Shown here piece by piece: positions 16,703-25,656 of a stretch of DNA of 48,692 bases. A model generated the notes under the pieces. The model ran no database searches, was not told where the DNA came from, and saw nothing but the letters and a program-made list of their open reading frames with translations. The stretch spans positions 18,535 to 67,226 of the forward strand of contig DKDS01000048.1 of the NCBI GenBank assembly GCA_002451855.1, written 5' to 3'. The translations under genes were made by a program, and so were the position numbers. The stretch comes from Ruminococcaceae bacterium UBA6842. GTDB taxonomy: Bacteria; Bacillota; Clostridia; Oscillospirales; Acutalibacteraceae. How positions within the stretch are numbered: position 1 is the stretch's first letter; each line of letters opens with the position of its first letter.

Positions 16703-18388
16703 GTGAGCGGTACGAACGAAAAAATCAAAAAACTCGGATTTGCCGAAATTATTACGGCTGTTTCTCTGCTTTGCGTGGGAACCTTTCACGAATATATCTC
16801 CTGTTTTTTGAGCGTGGCTATGCTTATATATATAATTGTAAGGGCTGCGACAAAGAAAAGTATGCGGTTATTTATCAATATTACATCCGTTTCCGTATTT
16901 TGCATCCCGCTTTTTTATGCCCTCAGCATATTTTGGGCGATAGATGGCGGTATGGCGGCAATAGGCGTGTTTAAATATCTGCCGGTATTGCTTTATCTTT
17001 TGATATTGATGCAGACGGAAAGCTCGGACAGTATAATATCCGCTCTGCCTGTTTTGGCTGCGGTAACTACCGTGATTTCCGCAATTTGTATGTATATTCC
17101 TGTTCTTAAGGATTATTTTTCGGTTTCGGGGCGGCTCTGCGGTTTTTTTGAATACCCGAATACATACGCGGTTTTCGCGCTTGCCTGCGAGCTTATTGTA
17201 ATTTCAAGGGAAAAATACCGAATATGGGATATCGTAATGCTTGCCGTAACGGTTCTTGGGATTTTGCTTTCGCAAAGCAGAACGGTTTTTGTGATTTTTG
17301 TAATTTCCAATTTGGTATTGATACTCGTCACAAAAAGCAAAAAAATCAAAATCATCACCGTTTCGGCGGCGGGAGCCATAGCCCTCTCATTAACGCTTTA
17401 TATCACGGTTTCGGGCAATTCCGCAATTTTGGGAAGATTTGCGGGCATATCGCTTGGTTCAAGCACATTTTCGGGCAGACTTTTATATTTCAGAGACGCT
17501 TTGCCGCTTATTTTAAAGCACCCGTTCGGGCTTGGCTATATGGGCTACTATTATGTCCAGCGTTCGGTTCAGACCGGCGTGTACTCGGTTATGTATGTAC
17601 ATAACGATTTTTTGCAGATTTTGCTTGATATAGGCTGGGTTCCGGGACTTCTGTTTATTGCGGCGGTGTTTAAAGCGATTTTCTTCGGCAAAAAGCCCTT
17701 TTGCAATCGGGTAATTCTGTGTTCGATAGCTATGCACTGCTGTTTCGATTTTGATTTGCAGTACATTTCGGTATTTATGATAATGCTGCTGTTTACCGAC
17801 TTCCGAGGCGGTAAGGAAATAACCCTTAAAAAAACAGATATTATATCGGGAGTTTGCTTTTTAACCTCTGCCGCGTGTATTTATTTCGGTATTGCGCTTG
17901 CGCTTTCTCACTTTAACCTCCATAAAGCGGCGCTTTCAATGTATCCCTTTAATACGCAAAGCGAGCTTCAGCTTCTTACGGAGGAGAAAAACAAAACCGC
18001 AGCCGAGAATATGGCAGACGATATTTTAAGCCGTAATAAATACGCCGCCCTTGCGTATACGGTAAAGGCACGAAACGCCTTTGCAAAGGGTGACTTTAAA
18101 AAGGTTATGGAATATAAAAACGCAGTGCTTTTGGTAGCGCCGTTTTCCTATTCGGAGTACAGGGAATACTGCAATATGCTTGTTACGGGCGTTACGCTTT
18201 ACAAAAAGGCAGGAGACGCGGAAAGCGCAAAAATATGCTTTAACGAGCTTAAAAGGGTAGCCGACGAGGTTCATAATATAAAGGACAGGCAAAGCCCGCT
18301 CGGACTTAAAATTGCAAGCCAGCCCGTGACCCGTCTTTCGGAGAAAATGGAAAGCTATATCGCAAACGGCGGAGCTGTAAGCGATTAA
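16703..18388 (+). CDS. O-antigen ligase/polymerase (Wzy_C) family membrane protein with a TPR-like C-terminal tail
   Basis: It is a multi-TM protein with GLGYMGYYYVQ...YVHNDFLQILLDIGWVPGLLF (the Wzy_C signature H-N-x-[FY]-L). The GTG start has a weak RBS. Confidence 0.65.
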   Translation: MSGTNEKIKKLGFAEIITAVSLLCVGTFHEYISCFLSVAMLIYIIVRAATKKSMRLFINITSVSVFCIPLFYALSIFWAIDGGMAAIGVFKYLPVLLYLLILMQTESSDSIISALPVLAAVTTVISAICMYIPVLKDYFSVSGRLCGFFEYPNTYAVFALACELIVISREKYRIWDIVMLAVTVLGILLSQSRTVFVIFVISNLVLILVTKSKKIKIITVSAAGAIALSLTLYITVSGNSAILGRFAGISLGSSTFSGRLLYFRDALPLILKHPFGLGYMGYYYVQRSVQTGVYSVMYVHNDFLQILLDIGWVPGLLFIAAVFKAIFFGKKPFCNRVILCSIAMHCCFDFDLQYISVFMIMLLFTDFRGGKEITLKKTDIISGVCFLTSAACIYFGIALALSHFNLHKAALSMYPFNTQSELQLLTEEKNKTAAENMADDILSRNKYAALAYTVKARNAFAKGDFKKVMEYKNAVLLVAPFSYSEYREYCNMLVTGVTLYKKAGDAESAKICFNELKRVADEVHNIKDRQSPLGLKIASQPVTRLSEKMESYIANGGAVSD

Positions 18389-18412
18389 AAAAATACAGTA
18401 TGACAGTTTATC

Positions 18413-18446
18413 AAACGCGGACTGCTTTTTTGCGGTCCGCGTTTTA
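18413..18446 (+). terminator. Intrinsic terminator after the O-antigen-ligase gene
   Basis: A 10-bp GC-rich stem, AAACGCGGAC (18413-18422) pairing with GTCCGCGTTT (18435-18444), is followed by a short T tail. Confidence 0.5.
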
Positions 18447-18505
18447 ACATTTAGGCTCCCTCGGAATAAGATAGTAACAGAAGTCTGTCTTGGGGGGAAA
18501 AGCAA

Positions 18506-20647
18506 ATGGGTCTTACAAAAAGCTCGGTAGGATACAGCGCGGTTGATTCGGGGCTTGTTATAAAAAAGCGTTCCGAAAACGATAAGGTAATAGCCCTTGC
18601 AGGCAACCCGAATGTGGGTAAAAGTACGGTTTTCAACGCCCTTACGGGGCTTAATCAGCATACGGGAAACTGGCCCGGAAAGACCGTGGCGAACGCCCAA
18701 GGGTACTGTGCGACCGCAAAGCACGGCTGTGTTTTTGTGGATATACCCGGAACATATTCTTTAATGGCACATTCGGCGGAGGAAGAGGTTGCGAGAAACT
18801 TTATCTGTTTCGGCAAGCCCGACGCGGTAGTTGTGGTATGCGACGCAACCGCGCTTGAAAGAAACCTCAACCTTGTTTTGCAGACAATGGAGGTCTCCGA
18901 CAGGGTAGTGGTGTGCGTAAATCTGATGGACGAAGCCGCACGCAAGGGCATAAGCATAGATTTAAAAAAGCTTTCACGGATACTCGGCGTTCCCGTAGTC
19001 GGGACATCGGCACGCAAAAAGAAGACCCTCGGCGCACTGCTCGACGCCGTAGACTGCGCATTGGAAAAAGAAAGCAAACTTGACTTTAAGATAGATTACC
19101 CCGACGCGGTGGAAAAGGCCGTAAATATCGTTGAAAAGGAAACACGCCTTGCCGTAAAAGACCCTCGAAGGGCAAAATGGCTGGCTTTAAAGCTTCTTGA
19201 AAATGACCCCTCGCTTACAAAGGAGCTTACCGCCCTTGCAGGCGATGAATTTTTAAACAGTCCCGCGCTTTTTTCCGCCCGTTCGCGGGCGGAGGAGCTG
19301 CTTTCTGAAAACGGTATAACAACCGATAAGCTTAAGGACATAATTGTCTCCTCAGCCGTGGAATACGCCGAAAGGATTGCGGATGAAACGGTAACCTTTA
19401 AAAACCCGAAATATGCCGCCTTTGACAGAAAACTTGACCGTTTTCTTACAGGCAAGCTTACAGGCTACGCCGTTATGGTGGTGCTTTTGGCGTTTGTCTT
19501 TTGGCTGACGGTTACGGGGGCTAATTATCCGTCTGAAATTTTGTCCTCGTTTTTCGGAAAAATCGAGATACGCCTTGACGAGCTGTTTATCCGCCTTAAC
19601 TCGCCGGATTGGTTAAGGGGTGCATTGGTATCGGGCGTATGGCGTGTGCTTTCATGGGTGGTTTCGGTAATGCTGCCGCCGATGGCGATATTTTTTCCGC
19701 TTTTCACCCTGCTTGAGGATTCGGGGTATCTGCCGAGAATTGCCTATAACCTTGACCGCCCCTTTAAAAAATGCAATGCCTGCGGAAAACAGGCGCTCAC
19801 GGTTTGTATGGGATTTGGCTGTAACGCCGCGGGGATAGTGGGCTGCCGAATAATAGACTCGAAAAGGGAGCGCCTGCTTGCGATACTTACAAACAATTTT
19901 GTTCCCTGCAACGGCAGGTTTCCGCTTCTTATTTCGGTTATAACTATGTTTTTTATCGGCACCTCGTCGGGCGTTGTTCCGTCCCTGCTTGCCGCCGCGC
20001 TTTTAACAGGCGCCATAGTTTTAAGCCTTGCCGTTTCAATGCTTGTGACCAAGCTTTTGTCACTTACTGTTTTAAAGGGCGTTCCGTCCTCCTACACACT
20101 GGAGCTGCCGCCGTACCGCAAGCCTCAGATAGGAAAGGTCATAGTCCGTTCGGTTTTCGACCGCACGCTGTTCGTTTTGGGGCGTGCCGCCGCCGTTGCC
20201 GCTCCCGCGGGGCTTATAATCTGGATTACGGCGAATGTGTTTATAAACGGTCAGAGCATACTTTCCCTAATGTCGTCGGCGCTTGACCCGATAGGCAGAT
20301 TTATGGGACTTGACGGAGTTATACTGGTTGCGTTTATTTTAGGCTTTCCCGCCAACGAAACGGTAATTCCGCTTATGATAATGGCGTATGCGGCGTCCGG
20401 CACGCTTACCGACCAAACGGGTCTTGCGGAAACATTCAGCTTATTTGCGGCTAACGGCTGGACGCCCGTTACGGCTGTAAATGTAATACTCTTTTCGCTT
20501 ATGCACTGGCCCTGCTCCACGACGCTTATTACAATAAAAAAGGAAACGGGCAGTATAAAATGGACGCTCCTTTCGGTAATTATCCCAACGGTGTGCGGAG
20601 CGGCGCTCTGTATTGCTGTAAATCTGCTCTCTAAGCTCATATTTTAG
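18506..20647 (+). CDS. feoB: Ferrous iron transporter FeoB
   Basis: The G-domain reads ALAGNPNVGKSTVFNALTG...DIPGTYSL...NLMD and is followed by a polytopic gate domain. The ATG follows GGGGGGA. Confidence 0.85.
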   Translation: MGLTKSSVGYSAVDSGLVIKKRSENDKVIALAGNPNVGKSTVFNALTGLNQHTGNWPGKTVANAQGYCATAKHGCVFVDIPGTYSLMAHSAEEEVARNFICFGKPDAVVVVCDATALERNLNLVLQTMEVSDRVVVCVNLMDEAARKGISIDLKKLSRILGVPVVGTSARKKKTLGALLDAVDCALEKESKLDFKIDYPDAVEKAVNIVEKETRLAVKDPRRAKWLALKLLENDPSLTKELTALAGDEFLNSPALFSARSRAEELLSENGITTDKLKDIIVSSAVEYAERIADETVTFKNPKYAAFDRKLDRFLTGKLTGYAVMVVLLAFVFWLTVTGANYPSEILSSFFGKIEIRLDELFIRLNSPDWLRGALVSGVWRVLSWVVSVMLPPMAIFFPLFTLLEDSGYLPRIAYNLDRPFKKCNACGKQALTVCMGFGCNAAGIVGCRIIDSKRERLLAILTNNFVPCNGRFPLLISVITMFFIGTSSGVVPSLLAAALLTGAIVLSLAVSMLVTKLLSLTVLKGVPSSYTLELPPYRKPQIGKVIVRSVFDRTLFVLGRAAAVAAPAGLIIWITANVFINGQSILSLMSSALDPIGRFMGLDGVILVAFILGFPANETVIPLMIMAYAASGTLTDQTGLAETFSLFAANGWTPVTAVNVILFSLMHWPCSTTLITIKKETGSIKWTLLSVIIPTVCGAALCIAVNLLSKLIF

Positions 20648-20716
20648 TCCTTGAAATAAACGGAAAAACAGGTATAATATAATAAGGCAGTTAAAAAGTA
20701 AGGTGATACGCTTTTA

Positions 20717-21523
20717 ATGACGGATAAATTTTTTGTTACCGACGCGCACTGTCATATATACCCCGAAAAAATCGCCGCGCGGGCGATTGCGGGTACGGAC
20801 GGGTTTTATCACGAGCATTCTGTCGGAAAAGGCACTGCGGACGCACTTTTAAAGGCGGAAAGCTCGGGCAGGGTAGACCGTTTTATAGTGCAATCCGTGG
20901 CTACCACGCCGCATCAGGTAAAAAGCATTAACGAATTTATCGCGGGTGAGGTTAAAAAACACCCCGATAAATTTGTGGGGCTCGGCACTCTGCATCCCGA
21001 CAGCGCGGATATAAAGGGCGATACCGAGCATTTGCTCGCTCTCGGTCTTAAGGGCGTAAAGCTGCACCCCGATATTCAGGGGTTTAAGATAGATGATTAC
21101 CGCTGTCTTAAAATATACGAGCTTTGCGAGGAAAACCGCCTGCCGATACTTATGCACACGGGCGACAGCCGTTATGATTTTTCAAACCCGAACCGTCTTT
21201 TGCCCGTGCTTAAAATTTACACGGAACTTACCGTGATAGGCGCACATTTCGGCGGTTGGTCTATCTGGGAGGAGGCAAGCCGCAAGCTGTGCGGCACGCC
21301 CAATCTTTATGTGGACTGTTCTTCCTCGCTTCCTTATCTTAAACGGGAAACGGCAAAAGAAATAATAAGGCGTTACGGTGCGGAGCGTGTGCTTTTCGGA
21401 AGCGACTACCCGATGCGGCCGCCCGAAAGCGAGCTTGACGCATTTTTATCTCTCGGTCTTACGGACGATGAAAATGAAATGATACTTAACAAAAACGCCT
21501 GTAAAATTTTTAATTTGGAGTGA
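20717..21523 (+). CDS. Amidohydrolase-family (TIM-barrel metal-dependent hydrolase) protein
   Basis: The N-terminal DAHCHIYP metal-binding HxH motif, plus later H and D ligands (LMHTGD, GAHFGG, FGSDYP), fit the family. Confidence 0.65.
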   Translation: MTDKFFVTDAHCHIYPEKIAARAIAGTDGFYHEHSVGKGTADALLKAESSGRVDRFIVQSVATTPHQVKSINEFIAGEVKKHPDKFVGLGTLHPDSADIKGDTEHLLALGLKGVKLHPDIQGFKIDDYRCLKIYELCEENRLPILMHTGDSRYDFSNPNRLLPVLKIYTELTVIGAHFGGWSIWEEASRKLCGTPNLYVDCSSSLPYLKRETAKEIIRRYGAERVLFGSDYPMRPPESELDAFLSLGLTDDENEMILNKNACKIFNLE

Positions 21524-21529
21524 CTTTTA

Positions 21530-22813
21530 ATGAACAAGGATACCATTTGCGTACAGGGCGGCTACACCCCCGAAAACGGCGAACCGAGACAGATACCGAT
21601 AATTCAAAGCACAACCTTTAAATACGCCACAAGCGAGGATATGGGCAAGCTATTTGATTTGGAGGCGAGCGGTTATTTTTACTCGCGCCTGCAAAACCCG
21701 ACCTGCGACAGCGTGGCGGCTAAGATCTGTCAGCTTGAGGGCGGCACGGCGGCTATGCTTACCTCCTCGGGTCAGGCGGCTTCCTTTTACGCAATTTTTA
21801 ACATAGCCTCCTGCGGCGACCATATTGTTTCTTCCTCCACAATTTACGGCGGTACATATAATCTCTTTGCCGTAACTATGAAGAGAATGGGTATAGATTT
21901 CACCTTTGTTTCGCCCGACTGCACAAAGGAAGAGCTTGACGCCGCTTTCCGCCCGAACACAAAGGCGGTTTTCGGCGAGACAATAGCCAATCCCGCGCTT
22001 ACCGTGCTTGACTTTGAAAAATTTTCTTCGGCGGCGCACCGTCACGGCGTTCCGCTTATAGTTGACAATACCTTTGCAACGCCCGTAAACTGCCGCCCGT
22101 TTGAATGGGGCGCCGATATTGTCACCCACTCCACCACAAAATATATGGACGGTCACGGCGCCGCGGTAGGCGGCTGTATAGTTGATTCGGGAAAATTCGA
22201 CTGGACGCGTTATCCCGACAAATTCCCGGGACTCTGCACGCCCGACGAAAGCTACCACGGCATAACCTACACCGAGCGCTTCGGTATTGCCGGCGCGTAC
22301 ATAACAAAGGCCACCGTACAGCTTATGCGTGATTTCGGCTCGGTTCAGTCGCCGCAAAGCGCTTTTATACTCAATTTGGGTCTTGAAAGCCTGCATATAA
22401 GAATGGCAAGGCACTGCGAAAACGCCCTTAAGGTTGCAAAGGCGCTTGAAAACGACAGCAGGATAGCAAGGGTGATATATCCGGGACTTGAGGGCGATAA
22501 GTATTACGCCGCCGCCCAAAAATATATGCCGAACGGCACTACCGGCGTTGTAAGCTTTTGCTTAAAGGGCGGCAGAAAAGCGGCGGAAACATTTATGAAA
22601 AATTTAAAGCTTGCCGCTATTGAGACCCATGTTGCGGACGCGAGAACCTGCTGTCTGCACCCCGCGAGCAGTACCCACAGGCAGATGACCGAGGAAGAGC
22701 TTACCGCCGCCGGAGTTCCCGGAGACCTTGTAAGATTTTCCTGCGGACTTGAAAGCGCCGACGACCTGATTGCGGACATAAAGCAGGCGCTTGACTGTAC
22801 GGAAGCAGAGTAA
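21530..22813 (+). CDS. metY: O-acetylhomoserine aminocarboxypropyltransferase / sulfhydrylase (PLP-dependent)
   Basis: It shows the Cys/Met-metabolism PLP fold with the lysine motif HSTTKYMDGHG. The metA neighbour supports the call. Confidence 0.8.
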   Translation: MNKDTICVQGGYTPENGEPRQIPIIQSTTFKYATSEDMGKLFDLEASGYFYSRLQNPTCDSVAAKICQLEGGTAAMLTSSGQAASFYAIFNIASCGDHIVSSSTIYGGTYNLFAVTMKRMGIDFTFVSPDCTKEELDAAFRPNTKAVFGETIANPALTVLDFEKFSSAAHRHGVPLIVDNTFATPVNCRPFEWGADIVTHSTTKYMDGHGAAVGGCIVDSGKFDWTRYPDKFPGLCTPDESYHGITYTERFGIAGAYITKATVQLMRDFGSVQSPQSAFILNLGLESLHIRMARHCENALKVAKALENDSRIARVIYPGLEGDKYYAAAQKYMPNGTTGVVSFCLKGGRKAAETFMKNLKLAAIETHVADARTCCLHPASSTHRQMTEEELTAAGVPGDLVRFSCGLESADDLIADIKQALDCTEAE

Positions 22814-22816
22814 AAG

Positions 22817-23734
22817 ATGCCGATAAAAATACCTAACGATCTGCCTGCGGTAAAAACGCTTAATAACGAAAACATATTCGTTATGACCGAGACCAGAGCC
22901 ATAACGCAGGATATACGGCCGCTTAAAATTCTTTTGCTTAATTTAATGCCTAAGAAGATTGAGACCGAGACCCAAATATCAAGGCTTTTGGGCAACTCTC
23001 CGCTTCAGGTGGACCTTGAATTTTTGCATACAAAAAGCCATATTTCAAAAAACACGCCCGCCGAGCATCTTTTTACCTTTTACAACACCTTTGAGGATAT
23101 AAAGCACCGCACCTTTGACGGTATGATAATCACCGGTGCGCCGGTTGAGAAGCTGCCGTTCGAGGAGGTTGAGTATTGGGACGAGCTGTGCGAGATTATG
23201 GAATGGAGCAAAACCCATGTTCACAGCACCCTGCATATCTGTTGGGGCGCGCAGGCGGCGCTTTATTACCATTTCGGCATAAAAAAATATCCCTTAAGCC
23301 AAAAGCTGTTCGGTGTGTTCGAGCATAGGGCGGACTATAAGAATTCAATACTTTTCCGTGGGTTTGACGATGTATTTATGGCGCCGCACTCACGCCACAC
23401 ATATTTTAAGGCGGAGGATATAAGGGCTGACGGCAGGCTTAAAATACTCGCTTCCTCAAAGGAAGCCGGAGTATACGCCGTTTCCACGGACGGCGGCAGG
23501 CAGATTTTTATTACGGGACATTCGGAGTATGACGCAAACACGCTGGCGGACGAATATTTCCGTGATTTAAGGGCAGGCGAGCCTATCAAAATCCCCGAAA
23601 ACTATTTCCCGGGAAACGACCCGACAAAGCCACCTGTTGTTTCGTGGCGCGCGCACGCAAATCTGCTGTTTTCGAACTGGCTTAACTATTTCGTGTACCA
23701 GACCACGCCGTATGATATTAATGATATAAAATAA
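22817..23734 (+). CDS. metA: Homoserine O-acyltransferase MetA
   Basis: [11 protein letters not shown]...LNLMP.K..TE.Q..RLL and the catalytic ICWGAQA region are typical MetA. Confidence 0.85.
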   Translation: MPIKIPNDLPAVKTLNNENIFVMTETRAITQDIRPLKILLLNLMPKKIETETQISRLLGNSPLQVDLEFLHTKSHISKNTPAEHLFTFYNTFEDIKHRTFDGMIITGAPVEKLPFEEVEYWDELCEIMEWSKTHVHSTLHICWGAQAALYYHFGIKKYPLSQKLFGVFEHRADYKNSILFRGFDDVFMAPHSRHTYFKAEDIRADGRLKILASSKEAGVYAVSTDGGRQIFITGHSEYDANTLADEYFRDLRAGEPIKIPENYFPGNDPTKPPVVSWRAHANLLFSNWLNYFVYQTTPYDINDIK

Positions 23735-23767
23735 ACGGTATGCCTTACAGCATACCGTTTATTTTTT
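23733..23767. terminator. Bidirectional terminator between metA and the first Arc-like gene
   Basis: A perfect 11-bp stem, AAACGGTATGC (23733-23743) pairing with GCATACCGTTT (23750-23760), has a 6-nt loop and is followed by ATTTTTT. Confidence 0.7.
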
Positions 23768-23962
23768 CTCCGTTTCGTCGGGAACAGCTATTTCACCGTT
23801 GATTTTTTCAAAATCCCTTATACATTTTCTTATCAGATAATTGACCTGACCGTTGGCGGAACGCCCCTCGTATTTTGAGATATAGTGAAGCTTGTAATGT
23901 ATATCCGGATCTATTTCCAAGCCTAAATGCTTATTGTTTTTGTTTCTCACATTATCACCCAA
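23759..23962 (-). CDS. Arc/ribbon-helix-helix DNA-binding protein (paralogue 1)
   Basis: LGLEIDPDIHYKLHYISKYEGRSANGQVNYLIRKCIRDFEKINGEI. A GTG at 23950 after GGGTGA is a plausible alternative start. Confidence 0.6.
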   Translation of the reverse strand: MGDNVRNKNNKHLGLEIDPDIHYKLHYISKYEGRSANGQVNYLIRKCIRDFEKINGEIAVPDETEKK

Positions 23963-24048
23963 ATCTTAATATAAGTTGATTTTAAGATATTATTGTGTTA
24001 TAATGCGAGTAGTATACTTAAACCAAGTATACTAATTGTTACAAGAAA

Positions 24049-24210
24049 TTATATTTCTATCTTCCCGTGCTTTTCTTCATATTTTTCTATTGCGTCCCGT
24101 ATCAGAATTAAAATTTCGCTGTTTGCACTGCGACCCTCATAATCCGCAACAATATGGAGCTTATTAAGCATATTTTCGTCAATTCTGATTGATAGGCTCT
24201 TGATAGCCAC
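24049..24210 (-). CDS. Arc/ribbon-helix-helix DNA-binding protein (paralogue 2, 53 aa)
   Basis: It is below the track size cutoff, so I translated it myself: (M)AIKSLSIRIDENMLNKLHIVADYEGRSANSEILILIRDAIEKYEEKHGKIEI*. The GTG at 24210 follows GGTGAGGTG. Confidence 0.6.
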   Translation of the reverse strand: MAIKSLSIRIDENMLNKLHIVADYEGRSANSEILILIRDAIEKYEEKHGKIEI

Positions 24211-24219
24211 AAAAACACC

Positions 24220-24399
24220 TCACCCTAAATCTATCTTCCCGTGTTCTTCCTCAAATTCCTTTACACGCTTTTTAAGGTACTGTTCGATTTCCTTATTTGC
24301 GCTCCTGCCCTCCGACTCCGCAATATATCGGAATTTCTTAAATAAAATTCTGTCCACCCTGAGTGTATACCGCAATAATTTATCTTCCAAAATACTCAC
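24220..24399 (-). CDS. Arc/ribbon-helix-helix DNA-binding protein (paralogue 3, 59 aa)
   Basis: My translation: (M)SILEDKLLRYTLRVDRILFKKFRYIAESEGRSANKEIEQYLKKRVKEFEEEHGKIDLG*. Its stop codon lies inside the RBS of paralogue 2. The exact start (GTG 24399 or the TTG three codons in) is uncertain. Confidence 0.55.
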   Translation of the reverse strand: MSILEDKLLRYTLRVDRILFKKFRYIAESEGRSANKEIEQYLKKRVKEFEEEHGKIDLG

Positions 24400-24503
24400 C
24401 TTTTTCAGTATGTGCTGTTTTAATTATAAAATAAATATTGCTTTCGTGCGAAAATGGTGGTATAATGGCGTCATTATGACGAACAAAAGATGTTAAAAAT
24501 AGT

Positions 24504-24755
24504 TTATTTGATTTCCTGCTCCAAGCTTTCAAATATTGTATCGTTGAAAAACTCCGATACGGGAATATCCAATCCGTCGCAGAGCTTTTTGACCGTTATT
24601 ACGGATATATCTCTTCTTCTGCCGTCAAGCATACTGTAAACCGTTGACGGCGTAACACCCGAAAGCGTGGCAAGCTCGTTGGGTTTGATTTTGCGCTCCC
24701 TGCACAAATTTTCGAACCGTTTTACTATCGCGTCTTTTATTTGCATTTTTTTCAC
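24504..24755 (-). CDS. XRE-family helix-turn-helix transcriptional regulator
   Basis: IKPNELATLSGVTPSTVYSMLDGRR is a classic HTH_3 segment. Confidence 0.75.
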   Translation of the reverse strand: MKKMQIKDAIVKRFENLCRERKIKPNELATLSGVTPSTVYSMLDGRRRDISVITVKKLCDGLDIPVSEFFNDTIFESLEQEIK

Positions 24756-24786
24756 CCATACAAATACTACAAAATATTCCGCATGG

Positions 24787-24827
24787 GCGTATACGCACTT
24801 GCGTAATTGTAGAAAATTGGTTATAAT
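24787..24827 (+). promoter_or_regulatory. Promoter with a palindromic operator for the DUF2493 gene
   Basis: The 10-bp palindrome GCGTATACGC (24787-24796) abuts TTGCGT (24799-24804). A 17-nt spacer leads to TATAAT (24822-24827). Confidence 0.45.
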
Positions 24828-24866
24828 TAGTATACCAAGCTCAATGCGATAATATAGGAGGAGTAT

Positions 24867-25202
24867 ATGAAAATTGCGGTAATCGGTTCAAGGGGACTTA
24901 AGGTAGATGATTTGGGAAAGTACCTGCCGAAAAATACAACGGAAATAGTATCGGGCGGCGCTAAAGGTGTGGATACAAGCGCTAAGGAATACGCCGAAAG
25001 GCATAATATAAAGCTTACGGAATTTTTGCCCGAATACGAAAAATACGGACGGGGCGCGCCGCTCAGGCGTAATCTTCAGATAATCGGGTATGCGGACGAG
25101 GTTTTGGCTTTTTGGGACGGCTCCTCGCACGGAACAAAATATGTGATAGATAATTGTAAGAAACAGAATAAAAAGGTTACTGTGTATATTGCAAACCGTT
25201 GA
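24867..25202 (+). CDS. DUF2493 / SLOG-superfamily (DprA-like Rossmann) protein
   Basis: MKIAVIGSRGL...IVSGGAKGVDTSAKEYAE...LAFWDGSSHGTKYVI is the typical DUF2493 pattern (GSR ... SGGA.G.D ... W.G.S.GT). Confidence 0.6.
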   Translation: MKIAVIGSRGLKVDDLGKYLPKNTTEIVSGGAKGVDTSAKEYAERHNIKLTEFLPEYEKYGRGAPLRRNLQIIGYADEVLAFWDGSSHGTKYVIDNCKKQNKKVTVYIANR

Positions 25203-25602
25203 TTGTATTTAAAAGGTTTAGGTAGGGAACATCATTTGTGTGTCCCCGACTAAAGTTTTGTACAAGGGGTTTCAAAAGGGGTTTTACCCCTTTGCCATTG
25301 GGCAAGCAGTAAATAGAGACTGTAACTTATGGCTGTGCAATTTCCTGCTTGCCGCAGGGGGGTCTTAGGGGACCCCACCCACGGGTCCCCTAATGTTCTT
25401 TGCATCCTTTCTTTCAATAAAGAAAGGATGTGCCCGCACGGCATGAGTGCAACAGATTAAAGCAAAGCAAAAAGCTATAAACCGGCGTTAGCCGAGCTAA
25501 GGCTTAGAAAAGTACCCTGCGTTAGCAGAGCAAAAGCTTGTTATAAGCAAATTCGCAGTCGTAAAATCTGTTATGTCTGAATTTAAACTATTTACCAAAC
25601 AA

Positions 25603-25638
25603 AAAGCACCGCCGCGGAGTACCCCGTGACGGTGCTTT
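25603..25638 (-). terminator. Intrinsic terminator of pyrP
   Basis: On the minus strand, the stem AAAGCACCG/CGGTGCTTT is followed by TTGTTTGG. Confidence 0.55.
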
Positions 25639-25656
25639 AAAATCAGTTTTAAAAAC

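Noticed and set aside
18390-18505. Missing feoA partner or a Fur box upstream of feoB
   Set aside because: There is no small ORF with an RBS and no GATAATGATAATCATTATC-like palindrome. I left feoB as a stand-alone gene with no claim made.
18026-18724. 232-aa minus-strand ORF spanning the O-antigen-ligase 3' end and the feoB 5' end
   Set aside because: It runs through an intergenic terminator and is antisense to two solid genes. It has no motif support.
20648-20716. SAM riboswitch or T-box ahead of the methionine block
   Set aside because: The spacer is only about 70 nt and contains just a plausible TTGAAA-16-TATAAT promoter and an RBS. That is too short for either element.
21650-22519. 289-aa ORF on the minus strand
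   Set aside because: It lies entirely antisense to the well-supported PLP enzyme gene (21530-22813). Its composition is arginine/glycine-rich as expected from reading a GC-rich gene backwards. It has no RBS or family motif.
25240-25450. Group II intron fragment or known structured RNA (RNase P, tmRNA, 6S, SRP)
   Set aside because: A GTGCG-like string occurs on the minus strand near 25437. There is no domain V-like 14-bp bulged helix with a GNRA loop and no reverse transcriptase ORF. None of the signature sequences I remember for RNase P, tmRNA or SRP RNA are present.
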